Below are positions 21,101 to 30,000 of a stretch of DNA of 41,502 nucleotides, piece after piece. A program made the position numbers and the translations under genes. This DNA comes from Klebsormidium nitens. Its lineage: Eukaryota > Plantae > Klebsormidiophyceae. The notes under the pieces are model-generated. The model did not search any database. It saw only the letters and a program-made list of their open reading frames with translations, and had not been told where the DNA came from. How positions within the stretch are numbered: position 1 is the first letter of the stretch; every line of letters starts with the position of its first letter. Location: the NCBI GenBank assembly GCA_000708835.1, contig DF237660.1, positions 1-41,502 of the forward strand, read 5' to 3'.

Positions 21101-21502
21101 ATGGAGCACCTCGCAGATGGACGCATACTATGCCGAGCCAGTGGGGTCACCTTTGAAGGTCGCCAGAATCGCATACGCATGCTTCGTCCTGGCCAAGAGC
21201 TCGTGCTTCGCAAGCAACTAATGGACGGATATAGCGCGTTTGGCATCGGCATCTTTGACCCTACGGATCGTGACTCCTCGCCTTTAGGCTTCATAGCGCG
21301 CGAAATCAAGTACCATAGAGTGTTCGACCCGATTCGCAGAGGGTCCGAGGTGCAAGCACGATTGCACCGCGTCAATCGGGGAAGCCGGGGCCGCTACGGA
21401 CCGTGGGGGTTTCAAGTGGAGATTGTGGACAATCCGGGCTCCAGTATATGCTACGATCCCGCTTTGGACGACACGCTCTGCGAGATTGTAATAAGAGATT
21501 GA
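21101..21502 (+). CDS. Stand-alone HIRAN-domain protein
   Basis: SGVTFEGRQNRIRMLRPGQELVLRKQLMDGYSAFGIGIF...LGFIARE matches the HIRAN pattern G-v-x-f-x-GRQ...l-x2-G-x2-l-x-L-x-r...N/D-x-y...AI-x-v...lGy-i-x-r. Intronless. Confidence 0.8.
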   Translation: MEHLADGRILCRASGVTFEGRQNRIRMLRPGQELVLRKQLMDGYSAFGIGIFDPTDRDSSPLGFIAREIKYHRVFDPIRRGSEVQARLHRVNRGSRGRYGPWGFQVEIVDNPGSSICYDPALDDTLCEIVIRD

Positions 21503-21666
21503 TCATAGTTTGAAGGCCGTTCGGCGTTAGACTTTCCATAGCTCTACCCTCAACGGCTGATACCGTCTACCTGTAGCTCGAGACATTTATTAGAGGCAAC
21601 AACAATCGATCGTGTTTGAATGGTACCTCGTAAATTTTGCCTAGAGACAAAATCTGAACGGTTTGT

Positions 21667-22221
21667 ATGGATGCCATCCTTGGCTACCGTCCTCATGCCC
21701 GCGTTGCCATCCTGGACATGGATAAACAGATTCTTGAAAGTGCTCGGTCTGCAATTGTGAGGGCATATCAAGACTTTGGATCCCTTGAGACGACGTTGGA
21801 TGCCATTGCCCTGGGCGGCATCCGATCTTTAGCAGAACCGTTCAATGTGTCCCATATCTGCAGAGCCCTCGTGCGCTCGTTGATTGCGGAGGGTTTTCAT
21901 GCCTTTTGGGATAAAAGCAACGATAATTGCCCGTACGCTGTGAAGGTTAGCTGGAGAGCTGCTCTAAGAAATGCGACTCAAGCACGGCGCCGAGCCCGCA
22001 AGCTGCGGGTCGTGACGTCTAGGGAGATTGTGCACGATGCTCGAGTGGTTTCTCCCGTAGACCACATGCAGCCAAGAGCAATATCCCCTTCCTTCTCATC
22101 TCGTCCTCCGAGTGTCATCTGGACGGATTTTAACGTGCCTGTGCTAGGCTTAGAGCAACTGGTGAACCCAGAAAAGGTTCGAGGCGCTCTCGAGTCTCCT
22201 AAATCCGCCCGGTCTGGATAA
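21667..22221 (+). CDS. Intronless hypothetical protein, possibly of a large-DNA-virus family
   Basis: 184-aa ATG ORF. PFNVSHICRALVRSLIAEGFHAFW...VKVSW loosely resembles the NCLDV hypothetical pattern 'yi-x3-L-x3-GF-x-V...isW'; the family call is weak. Confidence 0.55.
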   Translation: MDAILGYRPHARVAILDMDKQILESARSAIVRAYQDFGSLETTLDAIALGGIRSLAEPFNVSHICRALVRSLIAEGFHAFWDKSNDNCPYAVKVSWRAALRNATQARRRARKLRVVTSREIVHDARVVSPVDHMQPRAISPSFSSRPPSVIWTDFNVPVLGLEQLVNPEKVRGALESPKSARSG

Positions 22222-22285
22222 CGGAATATACAAAAAAGCCCACTTGTCTATTTCTGTACACCGCTGGTCACATTATCTAGAGCTA

Positions 22286-22411
22286 GTATATTTTCGGCCG
22301 AAAATATACGAAACTCAAAGTACCCATCTTGCTTTTTATTCGGCTTCTACAAGCAGCGATAACCGTTTTCACCGTGAAAAGCTGCTAACGGTCTCGATTT
22401 GGTGAAATCGA
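22286..22411. promoter_or_regulatory. Cluster of three palindromes directly upstream of the tyrosine recombinase (candidate att/binding site)
   Basis: Perfect 24-bp palindrome gtatattttcggccgaaaatatac (22286-22309); ttttcac-c-gtgaaaa (22366-22380); tcgattt-ggtg-aaatcga (22394-22411). The palindromes are seen directly; the function is inferred. Confidence 0.5.
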
Positions 22412-22497
22412 TTTTGAACCTCGATATTCACGTTATCTGCGGAGGGGGCCTTCAGCGTGGTCAAGATTTTCTCGCCAGTATCCAGATAACCTGAAAG

Positions 22498-23553
22498 ATG
22501 CAAGGGCCTGCCAAGAGCACACGACACATAACCACGGTTTCTGAAGGCGGAAGGCTATTACGCCAGGTCTTTGAGGATGGCGATCGAAATGAGAACACGA
22601 TCGGTCAATATTGCAAGCACGTCATGCGCTTGTTCCAGGGTTTGCACGGGCAAAGGGATTTTAGCAATTTGAAATGGCTCAAGGACGCTGACGGAATCAT
22701 CAAGTACTTTCAAGAAGCCTACCCCTCAAAGCTGTCGATGCAGGCCACTGGGATTAACCCGCTTCTTGTGATAGCGCGCAAAGCATTTCCCGATGACAAA
22801 CAGCTCTATGATGCTTACTATAAGCGGTACACAGAGGTTCGAAAGCTCATGGATCAAAGCAAGCCGCCTCTCCAGCAACTAACAGAGCGCGAAGCAGCAA
22901 ATTGGAAAACTTTGGATCAAATTAACGAGCGCAGAGTGGAGCTACAGAGGCACGTCAATCGCAAGATTCTGAACAAGAAGCCCGAAGATTTGTCCGACGA
23001 GGACAAAATTGTGCTTTTTTGCCACCTCGTATTGTGCCTTTATAGCTATCAACCGGCAATTCGCAATGGATGGGGGGATTGCCCCATCGTGCGCTTAAAA
23101 GACATTAAAACAGTTGAGACTCGCGAGATCATGTCTGGATCCGGAAATTATCTGTTGGAATTCGAAAAAGACGAATTTCGTCTGGTATTGAATGATTTCA
23201 AGACCGTCCGTCACCATGGACCGACTTCCGTAGACATGTCGACCCGCTGCAACAACGTCATCTCGGAATCGCTGGAAGTCTTTCCGAGGAGGTACCTATT
23301 ATCTCGAATCAGGTCGCCCGACAAGCCAATGAGCCGAAATTATCTCTCAAAATTTTGCAGCACAGGTCTTTTCAAGGACGCAAGCGTGGGTTCGTGTCTT
23401 CTTCGCAAGATTTGTGTGAGCAATCTCTTCAAAGACGCCCCGAGCATAGCCGAGCGTGACGACCTTGCGCGGAGCATGTTGCATACGGCCGCTATGGCAC
23501 AGCGAACCTACGAGAAAAAATTCGACCAACACGGCTCTCGGATCCGGTTTTGA
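22498..23553 (+). CDS. Tyrosine recombinase/integrase of the virophage / Polinton-like-virus / NCLDV type
   Basis: N-terminal core-binding-like helices (NTIGQY...LKWLKD). Catalytic set: LYSYQPAIRN (R), LNDFKT (K), SCLLRKICVS (R), ARSMLH (H), AQRTYEK (Y). Intronless, 351 aa. Confidence 0.85.
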   Translation: MQGPAKSTRHITTVSEGGRLLRQVFEDGDRNENTIGQYCKHVMRLFQGLHGQRDFSNLKWLKDADGIIKYFQEAYPSKLSMQATGINPLLVIARKAFPDDKQLYDAYYKRYTEVRKLMDQSKPPLQQLTEREAANWKTLDQINERRVELQRHVNRKILNKKPEDLSDEDKIVLFCHLVLCLYSYQPAIRNGWGDCPIVRLKDIKTVETREIMSGSGNYLLEFEKDEFRLVLNDFKTVRHHGPTSVDMSTRCNNVISESLEVFPRRYLLSRIRSPDKPMSRNYLSKFCSTGLFKDASVGSCLLRKICVSNLFKDAPSIAERDDLARSMLHTAAMAQRTYEKKFDQHGSRIRF

Positions 23554-23589
23554 ACGATTCACAATGTGCTCGCCACGTGGCAAATTCTT

Positions 23590-23943
23590 TCAGGACACTT
23601 GAATGCTTGTGAATGCACCCAAATGGAGCGAGGGCACTTCGGTCTCATCTGACGTGTCTGAAGACGCCATTTGATGATCAGCATGCTGCCATGCACGATG
23701 CGGACCGTTATCTACTGGAAAGCCTGCATCAAAGAGGCGCTGTAGAGTCCTCTGTTGACATGCATGCCCATTTTTGTAGCGCTCAAAGGCTTGGGCCAAA
23801 AGGATTGCATCCCTATGTCTGTAATAATACCTTTTCGTGTAAGTCTTTCGAGCATCCGGATGCTTTTCATAGAATTGCTTGATAGTTTTGCACACTTTGC
23901 AAGTGCAGCAATCGTTCAAAGCGCTTTCGTTATGCGACTCCAT
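23590..23943 (-). CDS. Small basic hypothetical protein
   Basis: ATG at 23943 (MESHNESALNDCCTCKVCKTIKQFYEKHPDARKTYTKRYYYRHRDAILL...). Cys cluster plus K/R/Y-rich helix; divergent from the primase gene. Confidence 0.45.
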   Translation of the reverse strand: MESHNESALNDCCTCKVCKTIKQFYEKHPDARKTYTKRYYYRHRDAILLAQAFERYKNGHACQQRTLQRLFDAGFPVDNGPHRAWQHADHQMASSDTSDETEVPSLHLGAFTSIQVS

Positions 23944-24033
23944 GCTCAGTACTGATATTATGGTAAGAAAATGTGCTTGACCCGACACCAAACGCACGTG
24001 CGTTTAAACAGACTGGTTTTAAATCTTGTCAAA

Positions 24034-26830
24034 ATGTACGAAGAAATGGCGGACGCCCAAGCTAGCTTCTCAGGACCTCCAACCGCTCAAGACCCTAGGC
24101 CCGTAGGGCCCCGAGCAGTTGCAGACGAGATCCAACGGCTCTCCAACGTTGGGCTCTATGCAATTCCCGTGCGCATGTTCTGGAATGAAACAGAGGGTAA
24201 GAAAGATGCCAAATTTCCACACAAGTACGCAAACATCACAACGCCCGAATTGTGGAAACATTCTATCGATAAAGCAAAGCAGGAAAGGAAGGACGCCAAT
24301 GGAGTCGCAATCCTCACACGTCCCAGTCGGATCTTTGTGGTTGACGTTGACGTTTCGAGCAACGATAACAAAAAGCCGGGAATTCAGCTCTGGAACCAAC
24401 TCGTCAAGGAACATGGTGAGCCTAAAACACTAAAGGCACAATCAGAATCCGGTGGGTATCATTTCTATTTCAAAGCAGCTACACCCGGCCTAAAATGCAG
24501 CCGTAATTTTGAGAGCATTAAGGTGGGTGAAACTACCTATGGTATTGACGGTCGGGCTGGTGGAGGGGTCGTCTTTGCTTTTCCCGCAAGCTACGTCAAT
24601 GATCAGGGCAAGCTTGCCACATACGAATGGCTTGGAGGGCCTGCTAGCTTTGAAGCGTGTCAAGACATGCCTCAATGGCTCGTAAAGTTTTTGAATGATC
24701 ACGTTCAACAAACTGCATTGGACCAGACTAAAAAGCACAAGTCATGCGAGAATGACTCGAATGCTACCCCATCCGTTGTTAAGAACTCAACATCGATGGC
24801 GTCAGCACCTCTTGGAAACGTGCAAGAGGCCGTGCCTGGATTGGAACGAGCGCGTGAAAAGATTGAGGAGTTGTTGCGTGCCAAAGCGCCGGACGACTCT
24901 AGTATCTTCAACGGAGTCGGGAGAAGAACCGCGAGTGGCTGGCAGATTCTGAAGTACAAATTCAACGGCACGCGAACTTGCTTAAACGGCAACCAACATG
25001 ACTCAAATAAGTTCAGCATCCTAAGCAATGGGTGCGTCCTTGTGTACCGCTGTCTGAGTCCAGGATGCATCGATCGACCAAAGCAACTACTCGGCGTCTA
25101 CTTTTGGCCTGAGTGTTTGCCTCTGAGAGTGGACGGGGAACTTTTCAGGACCTGCGAAAGCTACATTCTCCTCTTCAAGTCGTCAACAGATGAAGGGGAA
25201 GAGAAAAACTTGAAGAAGAAGAAAGAAGATGACGAACAAACAAGAAGAGCAAAAATGGACTTGCACGATCTCGTCTTGCGTACCATGAACCATTACTTTG
25301 CCGTCGTGCGTTCGACAAAGGCGATTTACCTGGAGACAATCTACTCGAGAGACGCAAACGGGAAGCTTGAGCCTGAGGAGACCATCCATCGGTCCGGCCG
25401 CGACTTCCTCGAGGTCCGCAAGAATTTTCAGCTTGAAAGCCTGTCTGGAAAGAGCAAGGAGGTTGCCAAATTTTGGGAGAGCAGTTTCAAGCGCCGAGAA
25501 TACGATCAGATTATATTCGAGCCGGACCCATCAAAGGTTTCCTCACGACATTTCAATCTGTTCAGTGGGCTTAGTTTCAAACCACTCGACCACAGATTGA
25601 CGGACTTGGAGCTCGTGGAGTGCGAGGAACATATGCCAAGGCTCATGTGGCACTTCCGCAACATCATGTGCGATGGCTCCAAGGAGCGGTTCGACTACAA
25701 TATCCGTTGGATGGCGCACGCCGTTCAGAAGCCTTGGAGGAAGATTGGGGTGGCTCTCGTGTTCCGCAGTGGGCAAGGATGCGGAAAGTCTGTATTGTGG
25801 GACTTTTTTGGACGGATGATCCTTGGCGGCAAGTATTACCTTTATTGTAACGAAATCGAAAAGATCATTGGCAAATTTAACTCACTAGCAGCCAACAGGT
25901 TGTTGGTTGTGTTGGACGAATGTGGCAGTTGGGGCGGAGCGTATCGAATGAACGATCGGATAAAGTCCCTGATCACTCAAGAAACAACATGTATGGAGCG
26001 CAAAGGCCAAGACCCTATCAGCGTGGACGACAAAAGCAATATCGTGTTCACTACAAATAATTTCTGGCCTGTGAAACGAGAAGCAGACGATCGCCGATAC
26101 TCTTGCCAGCAAGTCTCGGATGCCAAGATGGGGAACAAACCATACTTTGATGCCCTCGTGGGAGAGTTGGAGAGCCCCGAAACCGCTTATTCACCTCTAT
26201 CCGGTATCTGTCATCCATCGATATCTCCGACTGGAATCCCCAAAAGATGCCGGTCACAGCTTGGGGGAGGGCCTCAAAGAGCACTCGATTCCACCTCACG
26301 TCAACATGATGCAAGCACTGCTCGAGAACGGATGCTTCCATCCTTCTTTAGAGACATGGGTAGCATCAGCAGACATTAAGCGGACATATGACGTGTTTTT
26401 GCATCAGATGGACATCAAAGAAGACCGCCATACCGACATCAACGTCTTGATGCGCTCTCTGGTTGCCGTTTTTAAGATGCGACCGCAGGCACGTTCCATT
26501 GATAAGGTGCGGACCCACAAGGGATGGTGGTTTGCCCCACAGGGCGCTATTTGCGAGGCTCTGCATAAAGGCAAGCTTCTGAGCTCCACTGTTGAGTGGG
26601 TGGATACATGGCAACGGCTTGACTACGACAAAGATAAGGAGGGGCCATGGATGACAGAGCCAACAGCTCTTCAAGAGCTAGTCAATGCCTCAAAAGGTTC
26701 GCGACAATCCGTTGCAGATCAAAATTGTTCGTTCTGCTTGAACCGTCATGTGTGGGAGGTAAGACGAAGTAAAGACGGAGAAGTATCGACACGAGAGAGG
26801 CCAAACAATGATTCTTCTCAAAGTGGATAG
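24034..26830 (+). CDS. Intronless Prim-Pol (bifunctional primase/polymerase) + Zn domain + D5-like SF3 helicase, with local frameshifts at 26186-26270
   Basis: Prim-Pol motifs NGVAILT, IFVVDVDV, SESGGYHFYF, IDGRAGGGVVFAFPAS. CLNGNQH...YRCLSPGC. SF3 motifs FRSGQGCGKS (A), LVVLDE (B), KSLIT...ERKG (B'), VFTTNN (C), DDRRY (Arg finger). Three 1-nt indels restore PETAIHLYRYLSSIDISDWNPQKMPVTAWGEGLKEHSIPP, which continues in ORF 26120-26830. Confidence 0.88.
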
Positions 26831-26843
26831 ATACCAAATAGCT

Positions 26844-27049
26844 CATTACCCTTCTATTACCCTAATCACACACACACACACACATGACGGTACCCATGAA
26901 TGGTGCCTATACCATACATTCTATTACCCTATTACCCAATTACCCATTGCTTTTGCAAGTATGGAACCTCGTGAATTCCTCTCATCACATGACAGATGTA
27001 AAAACGAAAATGGAACTTGGGGCGGTGGGTAATGGGTAATAGAGTAATA
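26844..27049. repeat. ATTACCC iterated motif forming an inverted repeat between convergent genes; includes a short (CA)n tract
   Basis: tattaccctattacccaattaccc (26922-26945) versus gggtaatgggtaatagagtaata (27027-27049; reverse complement tattactctattacccattaccc). Two more copies at 26844-26863; (CA)n at ~26867-26884. Confidence 0.8.
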
Positions 27050-27059
27050 CAGAGGAACC

Positions 27060-30000
27060 TCAACAGCGCCCCCTCTTAATGGAGTCTCTCAAAGGATTAC
27101 TAGCCTTGCTCCAATACAATGCGTACTTTGAGCGCTCGAACAGCGTGTCGAGGATCGTCGTGAACCTGCTCAAGAGCCGCTTGATGCTCGTGATCTGCTG
27201 GAGGCTGGCCGCGCATCTCTTGAGGCCCGAGTTGATGCCCTCCGAGGCCGTCGTGATCGTGTGGCTGTGTTGTGGAAACAAGTCGATGAAGAGCGTCGGG
27301 GCACACGTGTGCGTCGCATAACGCTTTGCGCCAGACGGCGCGCAGCTCACGGGGCCCGAGTGGAACCGGTCGACAAGAAATAGCATGAACTTGGCCAGCT
27401 GTGGCACCCGGTTCAGCATCCACTCCTGGGCATTGCAAGCGGCATCCTCCACGATCGTGAGCCCACGCAACGTCCTAAAAGGGAACCGTGTGAGCAGCAC
27501 GGTCCCCAGGTCCGAGACGCTCTCACCGCCCTTCAGCCAATGGTATCCCAGGGGCGCTTGGTCCTGGCAGCACGCAATGAACATCCCGGCGCGCCCCTTT
27601 GATGACCGAGGGTTCGGGGCGCTGCAGTGCTGGGTGAGCCGCTCCTCCGAACCCCTCTTTCCCCGACCCGCTTCGTCTTCCCAATCGACGAACCGAGGCC
27701 GGCCGTACAACAAAGGGTGGAACGCGTAGGCCGAGACGGCGCCGACCCGCTCCGCGTAAGTTGCTGACGGCGCTCGAAGGAAGCCGCCGTCTTTGTAGCA
27801 CTGGGGCTCTCGAACTTCGAGCTCGAACAGAAGCGAGTTGGCAGCCCCCTTCAATGCCGCCCCGCGCTGCTCGGCATACTCCATTGCGGCCCCCTCCATC
27901 TGACCCGCAAGCCTCAGCTTCTCGCCTTCGATCGCCCAGAGGTGCTCGGTCGCATCATGGAGGGCGGCCAGAGGCGACCGCGACAAGGGCCCTGGCCGGT
28001 TTGCGCTGGGCTCGAAGCAGAGGAGGTTCGTGGCATAAATGTCGCGCACGAGCGGCCGCAGCGCCGCCGGAAAGGCGTACTGTCCGCCGGCGCTGGGATG
28101 CAGGCGCAGGACGGCCGCTAGCATGGGACCGTCGTTGGAGAGAAAGGCCATCCCTTGCGCATCGAGAGGCCCCTCCAGCAACACGTGTCTCAGCAGCTTC
28201 AGGGTGACGATGCGCCCAAACACCCAGGAGTACCTCGGAATGAGCAGCGCGTGCAGGAGGGCTCCATACGGCTGGAAGTGCGTGGGGCACCAACCGGTCG
28301 GCCCCACCGGCCCCTCCTTGAGAAACCCTTGCATCCAGGGCCGCCTCGGGACCCCCTGGCAGACGGCACACGTGGCCGGGTCAATACAAGCCCCCGCCTC
28401 CGTCACGAAGTCGATCAGGGCAACGACGTTTGCCGGAAGCCCTTCTCGTATCATGACGAACTCCTCCGGTTTTAAAGGCGCATTGCTCCCTTGCGCCGGA
28501 GCCTTTCGAAAGTTGCACCAGCGAAGCGCCAGGGCCCGTATTGCCGGCCGTAGCTCTGAGAGCCCGTTTCGGAACTTCCAAGGGCAGTCGATCCCTTCGA
28601 GCGGCACGTCGGATGGCCGCACTCCGCCTACGCTCAGAGGACTGAAGCCCCCAGCAACCCTCGTTGCCCTTGGATCCGGCTCGCAGATGCTGTGCAGCGA
28701 TGCCTCCGTCTCAGAGTCTCGCATCGCGCTTGAGTTGGCAAAAAATGTGCCGTCGAACGTGATGACCTTGTCCCGCCCAAAAGCGTAGGTCGACAGCTCG
28801 GAGCTCGGCCCCTCCGTTCGCTCCGGCCTCAGGGGGGTGCCGGCCTTTTGGGCCTCAGCCCCGGCCGCCTCTACCTCGCATGTGTACAGATGCGCGCAAT
28901 CGGCGCGCGAGCAGACGTGCTGGATCCGAGGCCGGGCGGCCAAGTCGTTGAAGGCCTGCATAGCCGAGTCGAACACCCGGTCGTCCAGTCTAGGGACGTT
29001 GGGGCCCTCGAGGCTCCTTGTCGCCATGTCACCGGCCTCAAAGTTGAGGCTGTGGGCTGCCCCAGAGCTGCGGCAAAGTAATTTCGCAAGAGCAATCCGT
29101 GCGAGATGAGGTTGGTGCCGGAGAAGTTGAAGATGCCGTCTTCCTGCAAAAAGGAACAACATCACCGTAAATATGCGTTTAGGAGAGCCTTCATTTTTTC
29201 CAAGGCTTGAATACAGCAGACCATGTCTTTGAACGAAAAGTTTGCGTCCGCTTTGAGTATTGTCGGCCAGAAGGGCTTGCTCAATCTTCCAGATCTGGCT
29301 GCTTCAGCCTGTACCTGCAAAGATACTCAAGCTGCTATTGGAACAATGATGCACGACTTTCCTTTCTCGAGCAACAATTCACCCGGCCCGCTTTACGTCG
29401 AGTCGGTCTTGCCTCAAGAATGTTGCGCAATATGCAGCAGTGCGTGGACTGATTTGCGATGGCCCATGCATCCCCATAAAGGACTGGCGACCTGTTTGAG
29501 GTGTCTGGATCTTGGGCTGCATAGCGCACTTGATTGCCTGACCACAACCGAGGCGCGAAAGAAGTACAAGATCAAAGACCTTGCTTTGCTTCAGTGGACC
29601 TCTCATCCTCTGAAAACGCTTCAAACCCGTTACTATCGAGAAGTCGACGTACGTGTGCTCGCTATCCGGGAGCGAGGGGGTCCGGTGGGCTTTCGTGAGG
29701 CTCAAGAAGCTCGACAAACAAAGATCATAATGCAACGGAGGAAAAGGCTCGTCAAGCATTATGAGGATCTTGCAAACCAAGGAAGGTGCTTCCAGACGCA
29801 AACCGTACTAGCTGGTCTCAATCTGCCAGAGTGCATTGACCTTCGAGCAAAGCTCGAGAGCCCCAAGGAAGGATCCGAGCGCATCTTTCGGGAGGAAGCA
29901 ATTCAGCAACTCTCACTTCTTCGTCGTATGGTGCCTTTGGAATCTCCAAAGAAATATTCCCTGTTGTGGACCGAACCAGACTACCCGCTCACTGTTAAAG

